64,000 nucleotides of DNA from Candidatus Heimdallarchaeota archaeon (GTDB lineage Archaea; Asgardarchaeota; Heimdallarchaeia; Heimdallarchaeales; Heimdallarchaeaceae): NCBI GenBank assembly GCA_018238545.1, contig JABCTC010000008.1, positions 14,264 to 78,263 on the forward strand, in the 5' to 3' direction. The notes below the pieces were generated by a model. That model searched no databases, was not told the origin of the DNA, and saw only the letters and a program-made list of their open reading frames with translations. This document shows positions 1 to 9,985 of the stretch, one piece after another (the stretch's first letter is position 1; every line of letters starts with the position of its first letter). Position numbers and translations under genes: made by a program.

Positions 1-1
1 A

Positions 2-415
2 TCAAAATCGTTTAGCATTTCACAATCGATCAGGAAGACACACAAAGCGAAGAAACTTAACTTTGATTTGAATAAATCACTTCCAGAGTTTCACGAGTTA
101 AAGGATAAAGTCATAGACTTTCTAGATAAATATAATTATGTTTCACAAGAATCTGACCTATTATACAAGGAACAACACCTTTCCTCCTATTATGGTAATA
201 TTTCCAAACTACCAACCACTCCAATAATTAATGATGTAGAAAAAACAAATCAGATTGTTGGGACAGTTGTCGGTGTAAAAGGAAAACTGCTCGTTACTCA
301 AGTAAATAGCAGTTATTATGTAACAAATCTTTCTAAAATTGTTGGACGAATCATTGAATTCTCAGACAAACCATTTAAACTTAAGGGTCAGAAATCCTTA
401 TCTGATTACTTTTAG
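2..415 (+). CDS. Hypothetical protein. The reading frame stays open back to the window start, so it is probably 5'-partial
   Basis: The 68..415 frame has no stop back to nt 2. Amino-acid composition is protein-like. No recognisable motif. Confidence 0.35.
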   Translation, partial: SKSFSISQSIRKTHKAKKLNFDLNKSLPEFHELKDKVIDFLDKYNYVSQESDLLYKEQHLSSYYGNISKLPTTPIINDVEKTNQIVGTVVGVKGKLLVTQVNSSYYVTNLSKIVGRIIEFSDKPFKLKGQKSLSDYF

Positions 416-488
416 CTGACCTGCATGAGCAATGAGTAAGTGTAGAATAGTTTAAATTATAATGGTAAAATTGATTAACTGATAATGC

Positions 489-725
489 ATGAGTGACTTC
501 AAAAATCGTAATATAGAGTGTGTTATGGCTATTCTGAAGGAAAAAAGCCCAGCGACAACCAAAGAATTACTAGCTCTTACTGATAAATTCCCTGATTTAT
601 GCATTGGCTGTACTTCTGGTGGAGATGTTATCATGGCTGGTAAAGAATTAGTTGAACAAGGATTTGTTGAACGAAATTGGACTTCTAAAGGATACCTTTG
701 GAAGTTAATTAATGATGCAGCATAG
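489..725 (+). CDS. Small winged-helix-like putative transcriptional regulator
   Basis: 78 aa with a helix-turn-helix-like segment (TTKELLALTDKF ... KELVEQGFVERN). Weak. Confidence 0.3.
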   Translation: MSDFKNRNIECVMAILKEKSPATTKELLALTDKFPDLCIGCTSGGDVIMAGKELVEQGFVERNWTSKGYLWKLINDAA

Positions 726-744
726 ATTTGGATAAGGTGTTAAT

Positions 745-2010
745 ATGGTAGTTTGGTCTAAGATAAGAAGAGATTTCCCCGTGTTAAATCAGCTTTACGA
801 AGGTAAAAACTTGATTTATTTTGATTCAGCTTGTATGGCACTCAAACCTGTTCAGGTTTGGAAGGCTATGGAATATTACTACAAATATTTAGGAGCATGT
901 GGAGGTGCTGGTAGATCGACACACAGCTTGGGTCAAGAAACCAGTATGCTGACTGAGGAAGCAAGAGTCAATATTGCAAGTTTCATTAATGCAGCCTCTC
1001 CTAATGAAATAATTTGGACACGTAATGCTACTGAAGGTTTAAACATTGTAGCCGCTACCATGCCTCTGAAAAAAGAAGAAAATGTTGTGACAACGACATT
1101 AGAACATCACAGTGGTATGCTTCCGTTCTATAAGAGATGTCAAGAAAGTGGAAGCGAAATGAGATTAGTCCAAGCTTGTAAAGATGGTACATTCGATCCT
1201 GCTGATTTTGAAAAACAAATCGATGATAATACTAAGATTGTCTCGTTTGTTCACACATCCAATTTGACTGGAACTATAACACCCTTAGAAGAAGTAGTTG
1301 AAATAGCTCATGATCACGGTGCTCTAGTAGTCTCCGATGAAGCTCAATATGCTCCTCATAGCAAGCTAGATGTCAGAAAGATTGATGTTGATTTCAGCGT
1401 TTTAAGCATCCACAAAGCTTGTGGTCCTACTGGAATTGGTGTTCTATATGGCAAATATGACCTCCTTGAAGACTTGGATATGTTCCTAGTTGGTGGAGAT
1501 GTAATCGAAGATGTAATTTATGAAGATGGAAAAATCATTCCCAAGTATCTTCCACCACCACATAAATTTGAAGCAGGATTGCAGAATTATGGTGGAATGA
1601 TGGGTGCAGGTGCGGCTGTAGAATATTTGCAAAAAATAGGTATGGATACAATTCATAGACGAGAACAAGCTTTTTCCCGAAAACTTTTAGAAGGAATTCT
1701 TGAGCTTGAAAAATTCGAAGTGATTGGACCTTTGGATTATAAACAAAGAGCAGCTCTTGTTTCGTTTAGACCAAAATCTGGAAGTATAAACCATAATGAT
1801 ATTACTGAATACTTCAATGAAATGGTTCCAAATCATAAGATACTAATGAGGTCTGGAAACTTGTGTGTTCACCCTTTCCAATATCAAATAGGGTTGAATC
1901 CTGGTAAAGGTGAAGGTGTAGTTCGAGCCTCACTTTATATCTACAATACCATGAATGAAATTGAGATATTTTTAACTGAACTAGAAAATTTTGCTAAATT
2001 CATAGATTAG
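745..2010 (+). CDS. Class-V aminotransferase or cysteine desulfurase (SufS/CsdA-like), PLP-dependent
   Basis: YFDSACMALKP N-terminus, a SIHKACGPTG PLP-lysine motif, and the class-V fold length (421 aa). Confidence 0.7.
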   Translation: MVVWSKIRRDFPVLNQLYEGKNLIYFDSACMALKPVQVWKAMEYYYKYLGACGGAGRSTHSLGQETSMLTEEARVNIASFINAASPNEIIWTRNATEGLNIVAATMPLKKEENVVTTTLEHHSGMLPFYKRCQESGSEMRLVQACKDGTFDPADFEKQIDDNTKIVSFVHTSNLTGTITPLEEVVEIAHDHGALVVSDEAQYAPHSKLDVRKIDVDFSVLSIHKACGPTGIGVLYGKYDLLEDLDMFLVGGDVIEDVIYEDGKIIPKYLPPPHKFEAGLQNYGGMMGAGAAVEYLQKIGMDTIHRREQAFSRKLLEGILELEKFEVIGPLDYKQRAALVSFRPKSGSINHNDITEYFNEMVPNHKILMRSGNLCVHPFQYQIGLNPGKGEGVVRASLYIYNTMNEIEIFLTELENFAKFID

Positions 2011-2133
2011 TTTAATGAAAGCACGCATAGAAACTTTCATTTTACCAATCATTTTCTGATTTTTATTCTAATCTACCGAAAGCATTAAAAAATAAACATT
2101 CTGTGATGATACTGGACAGAATTTTTCACAGAG

Positions 2134-2418
2134 GTGTTTAGAGTGAGTGATGAGACCCTCGAGCAGGTAAACGAAGCAATTCAATTGTTGGAAAGAATAA
2201 GCGAGGATACAACCGTACCCCGAAATATAAGAAGAGCTGCAACAAACTCTCTTGAAATCATGAGGGAACCTGATCCCGAATTGAGTTTAGCAGTAAAAGC
2301 AAATAATGCAATAGAAATACTAGATGAAATATCCCAAGACCCTAACTGTCCTGCCCATGCAAGGACGATGTTGTTACAGATAATAACTCTTCTAGAGATA
2401 ACAGATTATGATTACTAA
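2134..2418 (+). CDS. UPF0147-family small archaeal protein
   Basis: 94 aa with PRNIRRAA ... DPNCPAHARTML, characteristic of the archaeal UPF0147 family. Confidence 0.55.
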   Translation: MFRVSDETLEQVNEAIQLLERISEDTTVPRNIRRAATNSLEIMREPDPELSLAVKANNAIEILDEISQDPNCPAHARTMLLQIITLLEITDYDY

Positions 2419-2467
2419 CCTCAAGTGTTAGTCGATTGTGACAATTCCATCTATTGCTCTCTTTTTT

Positions 2468-3721
2468 TTAATTATTTACTTCCTTTTCAGGTTTGTAATC
2501 ATTCTTGATTGTTGTTCCAGGTGCAACTACTGAATTGGTTGCTATTTTTCTTCCAGCAAAGATGAGTGTGTTTACCCCTATATCACAATTATCCCCAATT
2601 ATGGCTCCAAGTTTTAAAAGACCTGTATTGATTTTCTTACCATTAATATTCATGGAAACTTCTTTCATGCCCGTTTCTGTAATGACGGTCATAACCCCTG
2701 AGGATATGCAAGTATTTTGACCTATTACACTATCCCCAACATAACACAATCGGAAAACTTTAGCGCCATTAAATAGGACAGAATTTTTTATCTCACTTCC
2801 AAATCCAATAAGGGCCCCCTTACCTATTGAACAATGGTCTCTGATTAATACATTGTTACCAATATATGTGTTAGCACCAATATATAATGGTCCATTAAGA
2901 ACAGATCCAGAACTTATTTCCACATTCTCTTCGATTATTACTACGTTTTTTAGTTCCACATTAGAGGCTATTGACACGTCTTTGGCTATTCGTGATTCTT
3001 TCAGATTTGATAATAATAACGCATTTGCTTCAATAATATTCCATGGTTTTCCAATATCAACCCATTCTTTTTCCCATATCGCTGCAGATACTTTATCTCC
3101 CTTCTCTATCCTCGCATTTATCGCTTTACTCAAAGATTGTTGTGATCTAATTTCATCAAATAAGTCAGTTCTAATAATAAAACAACCAGCATCGACATAT
3201 TTACTCTCTGAGGTTTGATCAATTTTCTTTATACCAGCTTTTTTTACTAATCCCATAGAATCTATCTCAACAATACCAAAGTCCCCAGTATCTCCACGTA
3301 AAGTTAAGGTCATTGTCATATCAGCTTGTGTATTTTCAAAAGCATTCAATGCTCGTTGCATCAAACCTTTTTCTGGAACAATATCACCAAAAAGCAATAG
3401 AAATTCTGAATCATTTTTAACAAATTCTTCAGAAGCTAATAGTGCTGATTCAATTCCTTCCTTCTCACCTTGGTCTGCATATTGAATGTTAACATTGAAG
3501 GCTGTCCCTTTTTTGAAATATTCCTTGATTTGTTCTCCTTTATACCCAATAACAATAATGATGTCTGTTAAACCCATGTCCCGTAATTCTTCAATCAAAT
3601 ATTGCAAAATAGGCTTACCTAACAAAGTAATCATGGGTTTAGGTCTAGTTTCAGTTAATGGATACAAATCTAAACCCTTGCCGCCAGCTAAAATTACTGT
3701 TTTCATTCTATTCCTAGACAT
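2468..3721 (-). CDS. glmU: Bifunctional sugar-1-phosphate nucleotidylyltransferase/acetyltransferase (archaeal GlmU-like)
   Basis: N-terminal ILAGGKG..L.PLT...PKP nucleotidyltransferase motif. C-terminal hexapeptide (LbH) repeats (IGANTYIGNNVLIRDHCSIGKGALIG...). Confidence 0.75.
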   Translation of the reverse strand: MSRNRMKTVILAGGKGLDLYPLTETRPKPMITLLGKPILQYLIEELRDMGLTDIIIVIGYKGEQIKEYFKKGTAFNVNIQYADQGEKEGIESALLASEEFVKNDSEFLLLFGDIVPEKGLMQRALNAFENTQADMTMTLTLRGDTGDFGIVEIDSMGLVKKAGIKKIDQTSESKYVDAGCFIIRTDLFDEIRSQQSLSKAINARIEKGDKVSAAIWEKEWVDIGKPWNIIEANALLLSNLKESRIAKDVSIASNVELKNVVIIEENVEISSGSVLNGPLYIGANTYIGNNVLIRDHCSIGKGALIGFGSEIKNSVLFNGAKVFRLCYVGDSVIGQNTCISSGVMTVITETGMKEVSMNINGKKINTGLLKLGAIIGDNCDIGVNTLIFAGRKIATNSVVAPGTTIKNDYKPEKEVNN

Positions 3722-3768
3722 TATCTCATCACCATATATCTCTTTTTTCCTAAACTTTATTTTCTACA

Positions 3769-5595
3769 TTACAAAACTGTCACAGATTTCGAAAGATTTT
3801 TGGGAAAATCTGGATTATGACCTCTTTTCATTGCTGTATAGTATGCTAGTAGTTGCATTGGTATCACATATGGTATTGTTGTTATCATTTCTGAGTATCC
3901 TTTTGGTATCTCCATTTTCCACTTCACCAGTTCACATATATCTTTGTCCCCTTCCTCTATTACTCCAATTGTTGTTGCTCCTCTCGCTTTCATTTCCATT
4001 ATACTTCCAATCATCCTCTTATGCGTTTGATCTTTTGGTGCTATGAAAACTACTGGATAGTCATCTTCAATGAGGGCAATTGGTCCATGTTTTGATTCTC
4101 CTGCAGGATACGCTTCGCTATGAATGTAAGCTATTTCTTTCATCTTCAAAGCCCCCTCTTTTGCTGTTTGCAGGTTTACCCCTTTTCCTAAGTAAAAGCT
4201 GCTGTTCTTTTCAGCAAACCATGAAGCTATTCGGTTAGTACGTGCTTCATTACGTACTATTGATTGTTTCACAATTGTGGGTATTTTATTATAGAGTTTT
4301 CGCGCTTCATTGTATTCATTGTTCCCTAGCTCTCCTGAAATCCTACCAATTTCAAGACCGATATCCCACATGGAAAGTGTCTGTGCAGTATAAGTTTTAG
4401 TTGCTGCTACTCCAATCTCCGGTCCTGCATAAAGATACAACACTTCATCAGAATGACGAGTGATTGAGCTTCCAATAACATTAACAGCTGAAAGCACCTT
4501 TGCTCCTAGTTTTTTGGCATCCTTTATTGCCATTATTGTATCCATTGTTTCTCCACTTTGACTTACTGGAAGAATTACCGTATCTTCATCAATCAAGGGA
4601 CTAATGGAATCATATTCAGAGGCAATAATCGAACTACAAGCCTTTTTTGCATACTTGCGAATAAGATTTTCTCCTGTTAATGTGGAATAATGAGCTGTTC
4701 CAGCGGCTAAAAGAAAAATCTTCTTCGCATCATAAACCTTTTCTGCTATTTTATGTAGGGACGGTTGTTTTATCCGAATATAATCTGCTAATGAACTAGA
4801 TTGTTCGTGAATCTCTTTGAGCATGAAGTGAGGAAAACCACCTTTCTGTGCCATTTCTGGTTTCCAGGAAACAATATATGGTCTTCGTTCAACCTTTTTC
4901 ATATTTGTAAAGTTAATTATTTCATAACCATCATGTGATAGAGTAACAAATTCATCATCATGTAGTAGAACAACTTGTCGTGTGTGAGAAAGAAAAGCTG
5001 GGATATCCGAAGCACAGAACATTCTATCTGAATTTATACCGATAACAAGTGGACTGTCTCTTTTTGCACAATAAATTTTATCTGGATCCAAACTAGAAAG
5101 AACACAAATTGCAAATGTCCCCTCTATTTTCCTAATTGTATGGATAATGGCATCTTTAAGTTCCATCTGATCTTTCTGTATATACTGTTCAATCATATGA
5201 GGGATAATTTCAGTATCTGTCTCTGATCGAAAAACATGTCCTTGGATAACTAATTCCTCTTTTAGTGACTGAAAATTCTCTATGATCCCATTATGAATTA
5301 CAGCAATTTCATTTTTACAATCTGTATGGGGATGAGAGTTTTCCTTACTAGGGGGACCATGTGTTGCCCATCGTGTGTGTCCTATAGCAATTTTTCCGTG
5401 TAAATCATCCAATTGTATTTTATCGATAACTTCAGTGATTTTTCCTTCTTCTTTTGATACAATAACTTGATTATTATCTATAGTTGCGATACCAACGCTG
5501 TCATACCCTCGATATTCAAGTTTTTTTAAGGAATCAATAATATTCTTACCGATTTTATTTGTGTCTCGCTGTACTATTCCTACTATCCCACACAT
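3769..5595 (-). CDS. glmS: Glutamine-fructose-6-phosphate aminotransferase
   Basis: MCGIVGIV N-terminal Ntn-amidotransferase start, two SIS domains, 608 aa. Confidence 0.9.
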   Translation of the reverse strand: MCGIVGIVQRDTNKIGKNIIDSLKKLEYRGYDSVGIATIDNNQVIVSKEEGKITEVIDKIQLDDLHGKIAIGHTRWATHGPPSKENSHPHTDCKNEIAVIHNGIIENFQSLKEELVIQGHVFRSETDTEIIPHMIEQYIQKDQMELKDAIIHTIRKIEGTFAICVLSSLDPDKIYCAKRDSPLVIGINSDRMFCASDIPAFLSHTRQVVLLHDDEFVTLSHDGYEIINFTNMKKVERRPYIVSWKPEMAQKGGFPHFMLKEIHEQSSSLADYIRIKQPSLHKIAEKVYDAKKIFLLAAGTAHYSTLTGENLIRKYAKKACSSIIASEYDSISPLIDEDTVILPVSQSGETMDTIMAIKDAKKLGAKVLSAVNVIGSSITRHSDEVLYLYAGPEIGVAATKTYTAQTLSMWDIGLEIGRISGELGNNEYNEARKLYNKIPTIVKQSIVRNEARTNRIASWFAEKNSSFYLGKGVNLQTAKEGALKMKEIAYIHSEAYPAGESKHGPIALIEDDYPVVFIAPKDQTHKRMIGSIMEMKARGATTIGVIEEGDKDICELVKWKMEIPKGYSEMITTIPYVIPMQLLAYYTAMKRGHNPDFPKNLSKSVTVL

Positions 5596-5717
5596 ATGTA
5601 ACCCTGATCTATTTGTTTTTCGAGAAGACCGACGAATCTTTTCACTGAATTTTACTCTATTTTAGTAAAAACATTTATCCTTTTAAATATTCTGATTAGC
5701 TTTTTGCTTTTAGGTTT

Positions 5718-6857
5718 TTAAAGAACCTCTCTTTCAATGTCCTCTAGCAAGCTATATTTAATTTTTAGTGATTGTTTTATTTTATCTATACTTGGCGTAA
5801 TTGAAGGATCTATCTCGTGGAGAATGCCTAAATAGATACTGATGAAATCCACAAGAAATGTTGAACTAAGCTGTTTTGCTAGTTTTGATTTTCCTTGAGG
5901 CAATATCTCTAGAACTTTCTCAGACTTCTTAGAAGCTAACTTTTTCACTTCTTCAAACCTTGTTGTTATATTCTTTGGTTCCTCTTTATCATGCAAGAAG
6001 ATGAACGCGATATCATTTAACGAAGCATTCGGGTTATCAAAAATAACAACCCCATTGTGATTTTGTTCAGGGAGAGTCTCTGATATTGCGATTACCTTGC
6101 TATTTTCATTCAACTGTGTTTTAGCTCTATAGGAAATTGGAGCATATATACCATACCCAATAAAAAGAGGAATGGAATTGAATATACCATATGAAATTTC
6201 TTTTGCAATATTTTCCTTAATAGGTGATTCTTGAGAATATTCAATAGCTAATTTTTTCAAGACTTTTACAACTTCTTCAAACTGTTGTTCAACGCCTCCA
6301 ATTAAATCCAAAATCTCAAAGATTGTTATAATGGCAGTATACATTAAGGGAAAAGCTGTTCTTGGCGGAATTCCTGATCGAATTTTAACATGTGGAGTGC
6401 CTATTTGTGTTGCGAATTTTTCTAGTAATCCTGCTGAAGAAATAGAAACAATCATTGATTTTCTTTTAAGAGCTTCATGATATCTAGAAAGCGTTTCTTC
6501 TGTATTTCCTGAATAACTTATACAAATTACTAAGGATTCACTGTCAATAAACTTGGGTAGATAATAACCTCTATTGACTATAACTGGAATACTTAGTTCA
6601 TTTTCGAATAAACTAACAAAATAATCCCCAGCGATGGCTGAGCCTCCCATACCACAAATAATAACGTTTTTTGGTTGTTTATATTCCAAAGATAGATTGT
6701 TCCACGCAACTTTGGAAGGAATTTGTAACTTTTTACTCTTGTCTCTAGCTTCTTTAACGAGTTCTCCCCATTTTGACATTGATCCTAATTGATCTGATTT
6801 GTCAATTTTTGCAAGTAACTCTCTATCATCTAAATTTATCATTTTATTCACTTTCAA
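5718..6857 (-). CDS. SIS-domain sugar-phosphate isomerase (PGI/PMI or GlcN6P deaminase family)
   Basis: CGMGGSAIAGD and SYSGNTEET SIS signatures. It sits inside the amino-sugar gene cluster. Confidence 0.6.
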   Translation of the reverse strand: MKVNKMINLDDRELLAKIDKSDQLGSMSKWGELVKEARDKSKKLQIPSKVAWNNLSLEYKQPKNVIICGMGGSAIAGDYFVSLFENELSIPVIVNRGYYLPKFIDSESLVICISYSGNTEETLSRYHEALKRKSMIVSISSAGLLEKFATQIGTPHVKIRSGIPPRTAFPLMYTAIITIFEILDLIGGVEQQFEEVVKVLKKLAIEYSQESPIKENIAKEISYGIFNSIPLFIGYGIYAPISYRAKTQLNENSKVIAISETLPEQNHNGVVIFDNPNASLNDIAFIFLHDKEEPKNITTRFEEVKKLASKKSEKVLEILPQGKSKLAKQLSSTFLVDFISIYLGILHEIDPSITPSIDKIKQSLKIKYSLLEDIEREVL

Positions 6858-6890
6858 ATAATTCTGATTTTCAATTTTACTAACTATCTC

Positions 6891-7685
6891 TCAACTCTTA
6901 CCCCATAGATATTCAAAGTTATTTGAGAAAATTTCTATTATGCCTGAATTTGAGGAGAAATGAGGACGGTAAACATATTTTTCCTGTTTAACGGGAGAAA
7001 CCCATATAACAAAAACAACTTGTTCGTTATCTACAAGAGTACCGCGAGCAAGAACTGTTTCATTTGCGATTTCCTTAACCTTAGCTCCAATCTCACGTAA
7101 TTTCTTAGCATATAATTTTGAAGTTTCATCATCTACATTCATTAGAATTCGAACTGTAACATCCCTTGATATGGCCTTATTCAAAGCTTCTTCGACATGT
7201 TCAAACCAGTAGAATACATTAGTAAAAATGCAAATTTCTTTCTTAGATTTATTTATTAAATCTATTGTTTTTACTTGCATCTCCCCAAGAGAGGAGTAAG
7301 CTTCTATTAACTCATCAGGTTTAATGATTAATTGAGATTGATAGATTGGATCATTTAGAAGAGTAAGAATGTGATCAGAAATATTAGTCATTTTGTTAAG
7401 CTCATCGTTGAATTCTGATTCTTTGAATACGAGAAAATTTTTCAATCCTTCCTCTAAGTTAAGAATTTCAAACCTTTTAGGACGACCTGCAATTGTTCTA
7501 ACAAGACCCTTCTTCTGCAAACTCTCGATTGTATCATAAATACGAGGAGTAGGGATATCCGTTTGTTTATGAATTTCTTCGGCGGTGGAAGCTGAAAGAG
7601 CAATAAGTGTTTTGAGAGTTTTAACTTCATACTGTGTTAAACCAAGGGATTTTAAATTCAAATCAATTTCATCAAGTTCAGACAT
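6891..7685 (-). CDS. trmB: TrmB-family sugar-responsive transcriptional regulator
   Basis: N-terminal wHTH (LTQYEVKTLKTLIALSASTAEEIHKQTDIPTPRIYDTIESLQKKGLV). TrmB-like C-terminal domain. Divergent from a sugar-metabolism cluster. Confidence 0.65.
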   Translation of the reverse strand: MSELDEIDLNLKSLGLTQYEVKTLKTLIALSASTAEEIHKQTDIPTPRIYDTIESLQKKGLVRTIAGRPKRFEILNLEEGLKNFLVFKESEFNDELNKMTNISDHILTLLNDPIYQSQLIIKPDELIEAYSSLGEMQVKTIDLINKSKKEICIFTNVFYWFEHVEEALNKAISRDVTVRILMNVDDETSKLYAKKLREIGAKVKEIANETVLARGTLVDNEQVVFVIWVSPVKQEKYVYRPHFSSNSGIIEIFSNNFEYLWGKS

Positions 7686-7816
7686 AAGTTATGCTCCAAG
7701 TAGCATGATATGAAGATAAATATTTAAATTACTCGTAAAGGAAGGAAAATTAGGTAAAATTCATTAACCAAAAACTTAAATTAAAAAAAGTTACGAAAAG
7801 AAATAACCAAAAACCC

Positions 7817-7895
7817 GGGGCAGTGATCTAGCTTGGCCAATGATGCCACTCTTACACAGTGGATGTCGCAGGTTCAAATCCTGCCTGCCCCACCA
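7817..7895 (+). tRNA. tRNA-Val (anticodon UAC) with encoded CCA
   Basis: Acceptor GGGGCAG/CTGCCCC, anticodon stem CCACT/AGTGG with loop CTTACAC, T-arm GCAGG-TTCAAAT-CCTGC, discriminator A plus CCA. The D-stem is imperfect. Confidence 0.75.
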
Positions 7896-7977
7896 CTTCT
7901 ACAAAGGGTTTTAACACCTCTCTCTTTGTGGTTTTTAATTCGGAAAGATTTTTGAAAGCTGTTTTGGAATTTAAGCA

Positions 7978-8865
7978 ATGACAAATTCTTCTTTTCCTAC
8001 TGATATTCCTCTTTTCTTACAACAAGAAGAAATCTTTACTCTCTATATTTTAAATAACGACATAATCTTATGTGGAGAATTTCATGTTCGTGATAAATAC
8101 TCATCAAGACCCTTCGAATTACTCCATCAAATGGCGTCGATTCCTAGCTATATATCTTCTTTTCCTTCTATTTTATTCCACCATTTCAACAATAATCCCT
8201 TCCCTAAATCCCTCCATTCTTATAATTGTTTAATTAGCGTTGATCTTTCAAAGGAATATGGGTCGTATGTATTCTGTTTGGAAGCTGATCTCGGAATTCA
8301 AAAAACCCCCTCACCTACTGTTAGGTTATATAATTTGGTTTTTCAGGGACAATCCTTGAATATAGAGGTCTCCTTAACACCCTTTGATGCTTTTCTGACA
8401 TTTTCAAACTTATGCGTTAATTGCATTTGGGAAGGTTTTTATTCAATTTTAAGACGAACTGGTTACTTAGAATATAACCGTTCTGCAATTTCTGTTGATA
8501 GTTCCTATTCTGGGAACAAAATCATACACGAATTCTGTTTAGATTATCTCGATTTCCTAGAACAATCTATTTTGGAAAACAAATTAACTCCGTTTGATAT
8601 ATTTCGAAACAGTGGTTTTGGTGCAATTATATTACTCTCTAATATGTCACAAGTGAAAACTTTCATTCATGAAGCTCTCGATGCTTTGCTAGATGTTCCT
8701 GATGTTCCTTCAAATATCCATTTGATTTACTACTCACTGTACAACATTTTGCAAAACACCAGCTTATGGATCTATCCAATTGTTAAAGAATTTTCGGAGA
8801 AAAATAGGAAGATACTTGCTAAATTAAGAACAAAAATAGTAAACCAATATATGCCCTCTTTGTAA
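7978..8865 (+). CDS. Hypothetical ORF with atypical S/F/L/P-rich composition. It may be spurious or a decayed remnant inside an integration scar
   Basis: 295-aa ORF in the supplied track. Its composition differs from the K/E/I/N-rich proteome. No motifs. It lies between the tRNA-Val and the copy of its 3' end. Confidence 0.25.
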   Translation: MTNSSFPTDIPLFLQQEEIFTLYILNNDIILCGEFHVRDKYSSRPFELLHQMASIPSYISSFPSILFHHFNNNPFPKSLHSYNCLISVDLSKEYGSYVFCLEADLGIQKTPSPTVRLYNLVFQGQSLNIEVSLTPFDAFLTFSNLCVNCIWEGFYSILRRTGYLEYNRSAISVDSSYSGNKIIHEFCLDYLDFLEQSILENKLTPFDIFRNSGFGAIILLSNMSQVKTFIHEALDALLDVPDVPSNIHLIYYSLYNILQNTSLWIYPIVKEFSEKNRKILAKLRTKIVNQYMPSL

Positions 8866-8991
8866 CGACTTTGTTAAATATACAATGGTTTTCTAAGGTT
8901 AATATATTTGGTAGTATAATCTACTTAGACAAGCTGGTATCTTAACATGATATTGAACGTAACTTACTAGAATACATGAATTGCTTAAAGA

Positions 8992-9014
8992 TTCAAATCC
9001 GCCCTGCCCCACCA
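8992..9014 (+). repeat. Direct repeat of the tRNA-Val 3' end (putative attR core)
   Basis: ttcaaatccgccctgccccacca versus tRNA 7873..7895 ttcaaatcctgcctgccccacca (21 of 23 identical). No upstream tRNA body. Confidence 0.6.
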
Positions 9015-9097
9015 CAATTATTTCTTACATCCTTCCTCTGAGCTATAAAATCTCGTTTACAAGTGTTTTTAAGACTAAACGTTAAATCTTTTTTAGA

Positions 9098-9922
9098 TTG
9101 AAATTCTTTGACAAATTTTACAAGAAGGCTATTTTTTCTCTACTTCTAGTGATAATTATTAGTAGCCTAATACAGACACTTGTTCCATTTTTTGTTTCGT
9201 TATCTGCACCTACAGTTGCTGAAGATTCTGGCTCCGTGAAGGTTTCTACTTATAATATTCAAAATGGTTTAGACACATATACAATTGATTTACTTGCAGA
9301 ACTTGCAGCAGATATCTTGGCTTTACAAGAAGTATATGAGATATTTTATCATGGTTCTGAAATTAATATGAGTCAATTAGCTTCTTCGCTCTCGTATCCC
9401 TATTATGCTTCTCCAACAAACTATAATCAAAGATTATATGGACTTGTTATTCTTTCTAAATTTGAAATCATTAAATCATCCTTTGTTGAATTATCTGGAC
9501 CTTCTTATACTACTCCGAGAGGGCTTCTTATAGCTGATATTAATAAAAACAATACAACCGTTAGAGTTATCACAACACATCTTGATTTGCCTTGGTTGTG
9601 TCTTACAAGATTTAGTCAAGCTAAAACATTATTAGCTCAGATTAATGATAGTATTCCTGTGGTCGTTCTTGGAGATTTCAATACACCTAATTCTATTTTT
9701 GATTTGACTTATTGGAGGTTGTTCACTAATCTACATGATACTTGGATTGTCTCTGGTAATCCTCCATTCACTGGTAAAACTTGGCCAGTTGAGTTTTCTC
9801 TTCTGCGTGTTGATTATATATTTGTAAATGATTATTGCACAACCGTTCGCGAGTCTGCTGAACTTATAACAGATGTACAGTCATCTGATCATCGAGGACT
9901 TTCTGTAAGACTACTTATATAA
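9098..9922 (+). CDS. Secreted or membrane-anchored endonuclease/exonuclease/phosphatase (EEP) family protein
   Basis: N-terminal hydrophobic segment. EEP motifs YNIQNG, LALQEV, TTHLD, GDFN, SDHRGL. Confidence 0.65.
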   Translation: MKFFDKFYKKAIFSLLLVIIISSLIQTLVPFFVSLSAPTVAEDSGSVKVSTYNIQNGLDTYTIDLLAELAADILALQEVYEIFYHGSEINMSQLASSLSYPYYASPTNYNQRLYGLVILSKFEIIKSSFVELSGPSYTTPRGLLIADINKNNTTVRVITTHLDLPWLCLTRFSQAKTLLAQINDSIPVVVLGDFNTPNSIFDLTYWRLFTNLHDTWIVSGNPPFTGKTWPVEFSLLRVDYIFVNDYCTTVRESAELITDVQSSDHRGLSVRLLI

Positions 9923-9985
9923 TTCTTAATTCTTATCTAGAGCCTCTTTGATCTCTTTCCAAATAGTATATTTTACGAAAGCTTG

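Noticed and set aside
2505-3218. ORFs 2505..2720 and 2853..3218 on the plus strand inside glmU. Similarly 3486..4046, 13261..13590, 25030..25490, 28206..28499, 36108..36557, 40190..40615 and other short antisense ORFs.
   Set aside because: They lie entirely within, and antisense to, long well-supported genes. Their composition is low-complexity. They are shadow ORFs.
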